Virus record (IMG/VR): IMGVR_UViG_3300033150_000672
Span: 1-62,184 of that record
Direction: 5' to 3' (one strand)
Length of the DNA stretch: 62,184 nt
From: a virus
Taxonomy: Duplodnaviria > Caudoviricetes
Numbering within the stretch: the stretch's first letter is position 1; every line of letters starts with the position of its first letter. A program made the translations under genes and the position numbers. The notes under the pieces were generated by a model, which was not told where the DNA came from, made no database searches, and saw nothing but the letters and a program-made list of their open reading frames with translations. Shown here one piece after another: positions 47,851 to 56,369 of this stretch.

Positions 47851-48644
47851 TAATCTACCAACTCCAAATATTTATACATCCACATATCTTTTGTGCATTT
47901 CTTTTTCAAATCTTTCAAATAAACGTTTTTAAAATAATCTGGATTTACATATTTCTGTCCATCTGGATATTTCCCTGGATATTTCTTTTCTAGCACATAG
48001 AAAGCAAATCTTCTATTACAACAACATCCGCACATCCCACACGCATCTATCTTTCCGTCATCACAAGACCAGGTATGGTTATAAACCCAACCATAACCAT
48101 TATCATATCCCCACTTTAATATTTCAACTTTATCTTTATCATAAAGTGGAGCAAAACATTTTAATGGTTTTAAACAACCATATTCTAACATTGCTGTAAA
48201 TCTATCAGCAAATTCCATGGTATTATCTGGATAAGCAGTTTCACTTGCGTTTGCTCCCCAAGTAATATATTTGGCTCCTTTGGCCTCACCTACTGCTGCT
48301 GCACAGGCCAACAAAACCACATTTCTTCCTGGAACCCATAAACCTTCTTCTGATTTTTTGATATTTGTACTCTCTTCTAAACTATCCATACCTTTCGGAA
48401 TTGGAATATCTTTCTGAGTTAAACTACTACCACCTAATTTTCCTAACCATCCACAATCAATAAAGATTGCTGGAACTCCAAGTTTTTTTGCTATAACTTC
48501 TACTGCTCTATGTTCCGGAATTTCTGCCTTCTGTTTTAAATCTATATGAAGATATATAATATCAAATCCATCCTTCAACATTTTTAGACCCATTGAAATA
48601 GAATCTAATCCTCCTGATGTTACACAAATTGCTTTTTCTTTCAT
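47850..48644 (-). CDS. queC: 7-cyano-7-deazaguanine synthase
   Basis: SGGLDS, GGSSLT, VPGRN, YPD, TWSC...CG.C..C..R. Confidence 0.9.
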   Translation of the reverse strand: MKEKAICVTSGGLDSISMGLKMLKDGFDIIYLHIDLKQKAEIPEHRAVEVIAKKLGVPAIFIDCGWLGKLGGSSLTQKDIPIPKGMDSLEESTNIKKSEEGLWVPGRNVVLLACAAAVGEAKGAKYITWGANASETAYPDNTMEFADRFTAMLEYGCLKPLKCFAPLYDKDKVEILKWGYDNGYGWVYNHTWSCDDGKIDACGMCGCCCNRRFAFYVLEKKYPGKYPDGQKYVNPDYFKNVYLKDLKKKCTKDMWMYKYLELVD

Positions 48645-49654
48645 TTCAACCTCTCCTCCCAATATTTACTTCTATAATCTACTCCTTCAATTCCTAATTT
48701 ATCAATTATATATGGATATGCCCAATAGCAACCATCACATTCTTTCCATTCTTTAACAATTTCTTCTAAAGTAGAATCATTTAAATCAAAAATAGATATT
48801 TTTTTATCCAATTTTTTATAACCACATAACCTTATTGACCCATCACAATCAATTCCCATCGCCAAACTATTTAATGAACAATGAAAATTTAAATTTAAAA
48901 TATTGTCAATATTGTCAAAATATTCCAATGGTGTTTGAATGTACTTTCTATATTTATCTGGAAGACTAATTAATTTATCTTTCAACGTTTGAAGTAACTC
49001 TTGGTCACCATCTACAAAGAAAAAAGGCGACCCCTTGGTTGTGGCAAAATCCATCTTGTCTCCTTCACTCCATTCAACAAAATTTAAACCTATATGAACC
49101 TTATCCACATTATCTACAATATATTTAATAATATCAGGCACCATTTCAATATTCATACGTGATATTGTTATTAAAGCATGTGTTTCTTCTACATAATCTT
49201 GCATCTCTTGCATTCCTTTTATCGCTTCTCTTCCTTTTTTAACCAACTGTTCTCGTTGTTGTTCAACTAAATATCTGGTATCTGGTTTCCACCTTTTACT
49301 CATATAGACTTCATCAATAAAATCTATTCCACTTGACCAATTTCTTATACCTACTTTTTTTAATTTTTCTTTCAACCTTGAAAAATAGGGTTCTGGAGAT
49401 GTTGAATAAAAACCATATTCATAACCACGTTCATTCCAAAATTTAACCAATTCTACCAAATCATCTCCCATCATTAATGGTTCAGAGGCTAATATTAAAT
49501 AAAAATTTGTTCCTTTGTTCTCTAAAATTGTGAAAACTTCTTTCCATTTTTCAACTGATAATGATTTTTTTCCTGTGATTACATCACAATATGGACATTT
49601 TCTAGGACAGGTTCGATTTAAATAGATACTAACCGCTTTAGGTATATATTTCAT
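48641..49654 (-). CDS. Radical SAM enzyme with a Twitch/SPASM-like C-terminus
   Basis: CPRKCPYC, EP; C-terminal C...DG.I.LC...CDGC. Confidence 0.85.
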   Translation of the reverse strand: MKYIPKAVSIYLNRTCPRKCPYCDVITGKKSLSVEKWKEVFTILENKGTNFYLILASEPLMMGDDLVELVKFWNERGYEYGFYSTSPEPYFSRLKEKLKKVGIRNWSSGIDFIDEVYMSKRWKPDTRYLVEQQREQLVKKGREAIKGMQEMQDYVEETHALITISRMNIEMVPDIIKYIVDNVDKVHIGLNFVEWSEGDKMDFATTKGSPFFFVDGDQELLQTLKDKLISLPDKYRKYIQTPLEYFDNIDNILNLNFHCSLNSLAMGIDCDGSIRLCGYKKLDKKISIFDLNDSTLEEIVKEWKECDGCYWAYPYIIDKLGIEGVDYRSKYWEERLK

Positions 49655-50316
49655 AAACCACATCCTCCATCAATTATGAAATTATGGCCCGTAAAATAAT
49701 CACCTTCTTCTATAATATATTTAACCAGTTTTCCAATTTCAATTGGTTTTCCTTCTCTTTCAATTGGTATTGTGTTAAATAATTCATCTGGTAATGTTCC
49801 TGGAACCAGATTTGTTCTAAAAAAACCGGGACTTATGGAATTAATTCTATGCCTAGGATATAGTTTGGCGAATGATTTTGTTAATGAAATCACTCCTGCT
49901 TTAGTCATTCCATAAGCAACCGTATCTGGATCTGCTCTGATTCCAGAAACAGAGGCAACATTGACCACATAACATTTTTCTTTCTGTTGACAAACTTTCC
50001 AAGTTCCAAAATAAACTGAATCTAAATTTACTCTCATTAATCTTTTATACTCTTGATATTCATCAATACCATAATTTTTTAATTCTAAATATCCTGCATT
50101 GTTTATTAATGCATCAATTTTCTTATATTCTTTTATTATATCATCCAATAATCCGACATAATTTTTTGGATTATCTAAATTCAATATATATGATTCATTA
50201 CATATTTCATCTTTTCCTCTTGATATTCCAATTGTAAACCAACCACTTTCTTTTAATTCTTTAGCAATTGCTTTACCTAATCCAGATGTTGTTCCAGTTA
50301 TAACTGCTATTTTCAT
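49651..50316 (-). CDS. Short-chain dehydrogenase/reductase
   Basis: TGTTSGLG, NNAG, S, YGMTK, N.ISPG, TG....IDGG. Confidence 0.92.
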   Translation of the reverse strand: MKIAVITGTTSGLGKAIAKELKESGWFTIGISRGKDEICNESYILNLDNPKNYVGLLDDIIKEYKKIDALINNAGYLELKNYGIDEYQEYKRLMRVNLDSVYFGTWKVCQQKEKCYVVNVASVSGIRADPDTVAYGMTKAGVISLTKSFAKLYPRHRINSISPGFFRTNLVPGTLPDELFNTIPIEREGKPIEIGKLVKYIIEEGDYFTGHNFIIDGGCGL

Positions 50317-50327
50317 TTCTAATCCTC

Positions 50328-50690
50328 CTATAATTTTAAACTCATTAATACTTCCAATTTTACATCCCAATCTTTTTCCATCTCTCCTGAGACTAAATTA
50401 ACTTGAACTTCTTCTTGATAATCTTCCATCAATAAATACGCTCCTTTATTTTTATATTTTTTATTGAACCACTCTAATAGTTCTTGAGCAATTTTTTCTA
50501 ACCAAATTTCTTTTTCTTTTTTATTTTTTAATAATTCTGTAATTTTTGATTTCACATCATTTACATCAGCAAAATTTCCTTCTTTTGGTAGATATGCTAA
50601 TGAAACCATATATTTTTCACACTTTTCTTCAGATTGTGTTCCGTCTTCTGCAAACAACATTTCCTTAAATAAAACCAATGGTGTCAACAT
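50328..50690 (-). CDS. Degenerate T-fold protein (FolE/QueF-like)
   Basis: YLP...EKIAQ......K....G.....E aligns by eye with the adjacent FolE core; canonical QueF CP..G.PD absent. Confidence 0.5.
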   Translation of the reverse strand: MLTPLVLFKEMLFAEDGTQSEEKCEKYMVSLAYLPKEGNFADVNDVKSKITELLKNKKEKEIWLEKIAQELLEWFNKKYKNKGAYLLMEDYQEEVQVNLVSGEMEKDWDVKLEVLMSLKL

Positions 50691-50691
50691 T

Positions 50692-51264
50692 TTACAAACC
50701 TCCTATTAATTTAAAAAATTCATTCCTAACTGCTAATTCTTCAAAGCATCCTTTGAATGCACTGGTTCTCATAACCGAATCTATCTTTTTAATTCCTCTC
50801 ATCTGTTCACAAAAATGTTCTCCTTCTATCACAACCATAACACCCTGAGGATTTAATTTTTCATTCAAAAAATCTGCTATTTGTTGTGTTAATTTTTCTT
50901 GAACTTGAGGACGATGAGCAAACCATTCAGCAATTCTAATAAGTTTTGATATCCCACAAATTTTTCCATTTGGTATATAACCAATATGAACTTTCATTTT
51001 AATGGGAACAAAATGATGCTCGCATGTGCTGAATATTGTGGCTGAATTTGTTATTATTTGGTCATAATTATTATGATTTTCAAATAATCTAATTCTAGGT
51101 TCTGGTTTATATAATCCTTCAAATAATTCATTATAAAACATTCTAGCAACCCTTTTTGGAGTATCTTTCAAACTATCATTTGCTAAATCTAAACCAAGTT
51201 CTTTTAAAAATTCTGCAAACTTATTACTTAATGCTGTTATTTTTTTATACTCTTGACTTACCAC
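50692..51264 (-). CDS. folE: GTP cyclohydrolase I
   Basis: TPKRVA, CEHH, GISK..R, QVQE, H.C..MRG. Confidence 0.95.
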   Translation of the reverse strand: MVSQEYKKITALSNKFAEFLKELGLDLANDSLKDTPKRVARMFYNELFEGLYKPEPRIRLFENHNNYDQIITNSATIFSTCEHHFVPIKMKVHIGYIPNGKICGISKLIRIAEWFAHRPQVQEKLTQQIADFLNEKLNPQGVMVVIEGEHFCEQMRGIKKIDSVMRTSAFKGCFEELAVRNEFFKLIGGL

Positions 51265-51679
51265 CTTTATCCCTCCTATCTCTATCTCTCATCATTATTG
51301 ACAAATCTTTATCCCAAGGAAAAACCACCCAAACATCTTTTGGATATTTTCTAGCAAAAAATTTTGGAATTACTTTTGTTCCTTCTTTATAACATATACA
51401 AACCGTATCAAACCTTCTTAAATAATATAACGTTTCTCCTGAATCACTGATATCATCTACTACCAATGTTTTTTTATCTGGATAAAAATCATCTGTGTTG
51501 GTATAGATATCCATTATATCTAATTGGTAAGCCAGGTGTGTTGCTGGAATTAATCCTCCTCTCTTGATTGTATAAATTTTATCATATTCTTTTCCACTTT
51601 CTTTTATCTGTTTAATTATTGACCTCATATTAATAGAATATTGAGACCAATTCATAAATTCACGTCGTTTTTTTGTCAT
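51245..51679 (-). CDS. Type I phosphoribosyltransferase (Gpt-like)
   Basis: RGGLIPA, LVVDDISDSGETL, WVVFPW. Confidence 0.9.
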   Translation of the reverse strand: MTKKRREFMNWSQYSINMRSIIKQIKESGKEYDKIYTIKRGGLIPATHLAYQLDIMDIYTNTDDFYPDKKTLVVDDISDSGETLYYLRRFDTVCICYKEGTKVIPKFFARKYPKDVWVVFPWDKDLSIMMRDRDRRDKGGKSRV

Positions 51680-51680
51680 T

Positions 51681-52322
51681 TTATTTACCTCTTTTATTAT
51701 ACCATACCAATTGATGCAACCGTGGAGAAAATTTCTTTCTATGTTTTACACAATATTCCCAAACCTTTTTTGAAATGGTTTTATCTCTTTTGGCAGCATA
51801 GGTGGTTAATGGCATTAACATTGTTGCTATATCTAACATATCAGTTCCAACATCTCTTAAGTTTGTAACAACTTTGATATCGTAAAAACCAGAACCTCTC
51901 ATTATTTCTTTAATTGCCTTTGCCGTGGTTAGGTCTTTAGGACTGAATGCTACATAATAAAAATTTTTAAAAAAATAATCATAGTCTAATATTGTTCCAT
52001 TGGTTTCTAAATGATGGTCTTTTCTGGTTATTCCTTTTTCTATCATTATTTTTATAACTTCTTCTATAGCACTTCTTTGTAACATTGGTTCACCACCAGT
52101 CCAAATGACTATTTTTTGTTCTGAATCTATTAATTTTAATGCTAATTCTTCTGGAGATAATATCCAATTTGTTTTATTGTGATATTTTGTATCACAATAT
52201 TCACAATTCAAATTACATCCACTTAATCTAACAAATATGGCTGGATATCCAACATATCTTCCTTCTCCTTGTATGCTTTCAAAAACTTCTGATATTCTTA
52301 ATTTAGTCAATTTTATCACCAT
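51681..52322 (-). CDS. queE: 7-carboxy-7-deazaguanine synthase
   Basis: E.F.SIQGEG, GCNLNCEYCDT, TGGEP, ETNGT, SPK, RLH. Confidence 0.93.
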   Translation of the reverse strand: MVIKLTKLRISEVFESIQGEGRYVGYPAIFVRLSGCNLNCEYCDTKYHNKTNWILSPEELALKLIDSEQKIVIWTGGEPMLQRSAIEEVIKIMIEKGITRKDHHLETNGTILDYDYFFKNFYYVAFSPKDLTTAKAIKEIMRGSGFYDIKVVTNLRDVGTDMLDIATMLMPLTTYAAKRDKTISKKVWEYCVKHRKKFSPRLHQLVWYNKRGK

Positions 52323-52716
52323 AAATTACACTACAACCTGGACTTTCCCATAGTTCAACACTTATTTTTTGAATGTTATCTCCTAAGGTTTCATTTAATA
52401 ATTTAAATATTTCTATTGCTAAATTTTCTGCTGTTGGTTCTCTTTTTTCCAAAATTCTAATACTCATTTTCATTCTATCCAACATTTCAACCAATTCGAT
52501 ATTTTCTGGAGAATCACTTAAAATTATTGTGTGGTCAAATAAATCAATTATTTCTTTGATTTTTTTAAAATCAATCATCATACCAGTATTTGCTAAAGGT
52601 CTTCCTTTCAATATTATTTTTATATTCCATCTATGTCCATGAACATTTTTGCATGCACCGTTGTAATGTGCTAATCTATGTGCTGCATCAAAATGATATT
52701 CAACAGTTTCAATCAA
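52303..52716 (-). CDS. queD: 6-carboxytetrahydropterin synthase
   Basis: FDAAH.L, C...HGH, DF, FDH, PTAEN.A, WES. Confidence 0.93.
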   Translation of the reverse strand: MIETVEYHFDAAHRLAHYNGACKNVHGHRWNIKIILKGRPLANTGMMIDFKKIKEIIDLFDHTIILSDSPENIELVEMLDRMKMSIRILEKREPTAENLAIEIFKLLNETLGDNIQKISVELWESPGCSVIYGDKID

Positions 52717-53198
52717 AACAAACTCACCTGCCCTCTATTTTTTAAAGAATCTTTTTCAACCGTTATCTTTTCAATTCCTAAACGTTCTCGTTCTTTATCA
52801 GTCAATCCGAATTTTCTCGCCACTTTTATTTTAAATTCTTGACTACTTAAATAATTACATAACAAAGACCAATATATTTTGATTTCCCTATCACTCCACC
52901 TATATCTGATTTTAAAATAATCTTTGAGCCATTCAAAATCATCTTCTCTTTTTATTTTTTTAGGATAAGGAATATATTTGTTATCTTTTTTTACACGAAG
53001 AAACATTTCCATAAGTAATATTTTGTTTGGAACTCCATTCAAAATGCCTTCTTCTATATCTAAAAACAAACTCATATTTCTTTTGTCACTACCAAACCAA
53101 GCGTTGAGTTGCCATAAATTTTTTTCATCTATCTTATTAAAAGATTCAATATCTTTTTTTAGCATATTTTTAAAATCTAAAAGGAGAGGGAAAGTCAT
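52713..53198 (-). CDS. Putative clamp-loader accessory subunit (T4 gp62-like)
   Basis: Directly after RFC; YPKK...Y..S..E pattern; C-terminal QVSLF. Confidence 0.55.
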   Translation of the reverse strand: MTFPLLLDFKNMLKKDIESFNKIDEKNLWQLNAWFGSDKRNMSLFLDIEEGILNGVPNKILLMEMFLRVKKDNKYIPYPKKIKREDDFEWLKDYFKIRYRWSDREIKIYWSLLCNYLSSQEFKIKVARKFGLTDKERERLGIEKITVEKDSLKNRGQVSLF

Positions 53199-54088
53199 TT
53201 CAAAACCTCCATTAATTGTAATAAAAAAGGGCGAATAATTAATTTTTTATTATTAACCCTGTTCATTTCTACATAAGCGGTTCTAATCAAACTCATTGCT
53301 GTTTTCTTTTTTGTTGTTTCATATTCTCCATAAAACAATTTATTTGCCAGGAAATCCATCAATATTTCTTCATCAATATAGTCTCCTTCATATATTTCTA
53401 TCGCTCTTTTGAAATTACCAACCTCTAATGATTCTAAAATTAAAGCAACTCTATTTGCTATTATATTTGTGGTATCTTCTGTTACCTTTCCAGACCTATG
53501 ATAAATAACTTCTAATTCTTTAATCGCTCTTCTGATATCTGGATATGTTGTTTTCACAATATTATAGATTCCTTTTTCATTATATTCCACTCCTTCTAAT
53601 TCACATATTCTATAGAGTAAATTTCCTATATCATCCTTTTTTGGTTTTTTAAATTCTTTACAAACACATCTACTTTTAATTGGGTCAATTATTTTATTTA
53701 CCCAGTTGCAAGTTAATATGAATCTACAATTTTTTTGGTAGGTATCCATAATTCCACGAAGTGATGCAAAGGCTGGTGGTGTTAATTGGTCTGCCTCATC
53801 TAATAATATTATCTTAATATTACCATCTAATGATTTTGTCATAGCAAATTGTTTAACTCTTTCTCTAATCGCATCTATTCCTCTCTCATCACTTGCGTTC
53901 ATTTGTAGATAATGAGCCTTGCGTTGAGAAATTATAACCTTTGCTGTTGTGGTTTTACCCGTTCCTGCGGGTCCATAAAACAGGAAGTTGGGCATTTTTC
54001 CCAACGCAAGACTTGGAATTGAGGGGTCTAGACCAATTATTTCTTCAAATTTCTGTGGTCTATATTTTTCTACCCATAACATTTTCAA
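53195..54088 (-). CDS. rfcS: Replication factor C small subunit / clamp loader ATPase
   Basis: WVEKYRP, GPAGTGKT, NASDERGID, DEAD, SRC. Confidence 0.95.
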   Translation of the reverse strand: MKMLWVEKYRPQKFEEIIGLDPSIPSLALGKMPNFLFYGPAGTGKTTTAKVIISQRKAHYLQMNASDERGIDAIRERVKQFAMTKSLDGNIKIILLDEADQLTPPAFASLRGIMDTYQKNCRFILTCNWVNKIIDPIKSRCVCKEFKKPKKDDIGNLLYRICELEGVEYNEKGIYNIVKTTYPDIRRAIKELEVIYHRSGKVTEDTTNIIANRVALILESLEVGNFKRAIEIYEGDYIDEEILMDFLANKLFYGEYETTKKKTAMSLIRTAYVEMNRVNNKKLIIRPFLLQLMEVLK

Positions 54089-54966
54089 ACCCCCAAATCA
54101 GGTAGTTCATTTTTTGGAGGTTCAAGTTTTTTCTCGTCTTCTCTACCTTTCTTTTTTAATTCTTCTTCATGTGTCTTTTTCTGGTCTGAAGTTGGATTTT
54201 TTTCTACTTCTTCTTTAGATTCTTTTTGTCTTTCTAAATCAATTTTTGGTGCTATTATAATGGAAATCATTATATTTTCTCCAATTTCTTTCACTTGAAG
54301 TGGTTTGTCATAATCAACTATACTTATGTTTAAATCCTCTCCAAGAGAACCAAAAACTTGATTATACCTATCTCCAGCAATTTTTATATCACAATCTTTA
54401 TAATCAATTTCTATATTTTCCATTATTTTACTATGTTCTGAAATTGTTTTAAACCACAATATTCCTTTTTCAACTGTGATTTCTACATCAGGAACATAAT
54501 TTTTAGAACTTAATGTTGAAATGTTTTGTGTAACCTTTCTCAATATTTCTGTTTTTCCTGTTCTAAAACCTGGGTCAAAATCAATTTTCAATTCTTTTTC
54601 GCATTTATTTTGAACAAATTCTTCATCTGATAGATTTATTGTTGCAATTCTTTTTTCATTTTGAATTGAAAGGACAGAACCACTTTTTTCAACTTTCATT
54701 AATATTTCTCCTGAAAATCCTTTAAGAAGTTTTATTAACAGGTCTACGTCACTGTTAGTTGATGTAGAACCAAGTGGTATATTTAATCCTTCTTTGTATT
54801 CTGTAAATGCTTCTCTCAATAATATTCCTTTAGATAATATGACATTATCTAAACTCATATTTGCAACCATTCCTTTGTTCGTTGTTTTTAAAACCGCGCT
54901 TGGTATTGCTCCTTTTAGTGTCACTTTTTCAAGAAATTCCACTAACTTTTTTGAATTTATTTTCAT
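54085..54966 (-). CDS. Sliding clamp (PCNA/gp45-like) with charged C-terminal tail
   Basis: About 240-aa two-domain body ending IIAP; adjacent to the clamp loader. Confidence 0.7.
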   Translation of the reverse strand: MKINSKKLVEFLEKVTLKGAIPSAVLKTTNKGMVANMSLDNVILSKGILLREAFTEYKEGLNIPLGSTSTNSDVDLLIKLLKGFSGEILMKVEKSGSVLSIQNEKRIATINLSDEEFVQNKCEKELKIDFDPGFRTGKTEILRKVTQNISTLSSKNYVPDVEITVEKGILWFKTISEHSKIMENIEIDYKDCDIKIAGDRYNQVFGSLGEDLNISIVDYDKPLQVKEIGENIMISIIIAPKIDLERQKESKEEVEKNPTSDQKKTHEEELKKKGREDEKKLEPPKNELPDLGV

Positions 54967-54979
54967 TTTTATTATCCTC

Positions 54980-55285
54980 CTAAAATTCTAATATTTCTTC
55001 ACTCGTTGCTTCTCTATGTTCTATTGGTTTTGGTTTTATTATTTTCTTGGTTTCTGGTTCTGGTAAAGACCATCTAATATTGTATTTTTCTAAGAGTTCA
55101 GATAATTTATATACCTTAACATTCGTGGTATTTATATTAAGTTTTGCGTTTTTAGCCAATTGAATTTTTGTTGCGTTTTCTTCATCACTGGCAGCAATAA
55201 TGTCTGAACCAACCTTAACCTTACCACCTGTTTCATGTATTGTCCAAGTGGTAAAAAACATTTTTAATTTATTCTCCTCATTCAT
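54980..55285 (-). CDS. Hypothetical protein
   Basis: GGAGG RBS before MNEENK. Confidence 0.65.
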   Translation of the reverse strand: MNEENKLKMFFTTWTIHETGGKVKVGSDIIAASDEENATKIQLAKNAKLNINTTNVKVYKLSELLEKYNIRWSLPEPETKKIIKPKPIEHREATSEEILEF

Positions 55286-55287
55286 TT

Positions 55288-55434
55288 TTATTCCTCCTTT
55301 TCGAAATTTTTGCATGGTGGACCACGTGGGTGGATTTTCTTTCCTGGTTTTATTTTACATTTACCACCTGGTGGTGTATCACTTCTTTGAAAGTTCTTAC
55401 AATCTTTATGCATTGGTAGTTTTTCTTCACTCAT
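55288..55434 (-). CDS. Small Cys/His protein (48 aa)
   Basis: Manual translation MSEEKLPMHKDCKNF...GKC...CKNFEKEE*. Confidence 0.65.
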   Translation of the reverse strand: MSEEKLPMHKDCKNFQRSDTPPGGKCKIKPGKKIHPRGPPCKNFEKEE

Positions 55435-56369
55435 TCTAGAACCTCCTTTATTTTATCATATGTCAAATCTTCCATTACTTTTTGTTCTATTCCAGCCTTA
55501 AAAGATTTTTCAACAACACTCAATCTTTTATTATCACTGGTTAATGTTTGTCTAATAATGATATCACTATTAAACGGAAGTTCTTTTTCACACCTAATTT
55601 TTTCTTGAAATGTTTCTGTATATAATTTTCCCATCTGTCTTTTTTTAAGTTCTTTCGCATAATCTGGTAATTCTCTTGGTCTTGCTGTAAATACAATATT
55701 CACACCATAATTGGTTAGAATTTTTAGTATTTGGAAAATTTTGTAATGCATATTTTTTGGAATAAACCAATCGAATTGGTTTAAAAACTTTAAGGTATCT
55801 GGATCTGCTTTTGCTTTTCCATCTTTTGTCACCTTATTAGCAAGTGTATAAACACCCCAATTAATCACAAAATTCCATAAATCAGATGCTGTGTCTATAA
55901 CCACCGTTCTGACTGTATATTTTCTTTCTTTAACCAATTTTGCTAATTTCAATATGAAATTATTTAATCTTTCAATGGTTGCTTTATAATCAACCAATTC
56001 TCCTTTCTCACCAGATTCATGTTTTAAAACAAGAGGATTGAATATTTTTATATCTTCTTCTTTAAAATATTCATCTCTTATTATATCTGCTCTGCTTTCA
56101 GTGTCTATTATTATAAGTGGTTTAGGAAATGTCATTGATGTGTAGGTCTTTCCAGAACCACTATTTCCATAAAGCAAATAAATATAGGTTTCTCTTCTAT
56201 CTTTATTCACAAAATCAAATGGTTGTCCTGTGTCTTCAACAGCAACTTTCACTTCTGGTGGTTTACTATTTTCATCTACTTGAAAGGTTCTAACTTCTTT
56301 CATTAATGTTGTATCTTCTTTTTTAATTTCCTCTGGTTGTTCTACATCAATCCCCCACCCACTTACCAT
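55431..56369 (-). CDS. AAA_24/Sak4-like ATPase (recombinase)
   Basis: YGNSGSGKT, IIDTE, VVIDT, VFTA; adjacent to SSB. Confidence 0.8.
   Translation of the reverse strand: MVSGWGIDVEQPEEIKKEDTTLMKEVRTFQVDENSKPPEVKVAVEDTGQPFDFVNKDRRETYIYLLYGNSGSGKTYTSMTFPKPLIIIDTESRADIIRDEYFKEEDIKIFNPLVLKHESGEKGELVDYKATIERLNNFILKLAKLVKERKYTVRTVVIDTASDLWNFVINWGVYTLANKVTKDGKAKADPDTLKFLNQFDWFIPKNMHYKIFQILKILTNYGVNIVFTARPRELPDYAKELKKRQMGKLYTETFQEKIRCEKELPFNSDIIIRQTLTSDNKRLSVVEKSFKAGIEQKVMEDLTYDKIKEVLE

Noticed and set aside
45651-52716. Host-type Dpd restriction island or tRNA queuosine/archaeosine operon
   Set aside because: No dpdB-K, arcS or queA; the genes sit inside a viral replication operon. tRNA targeting is not formally excluded.
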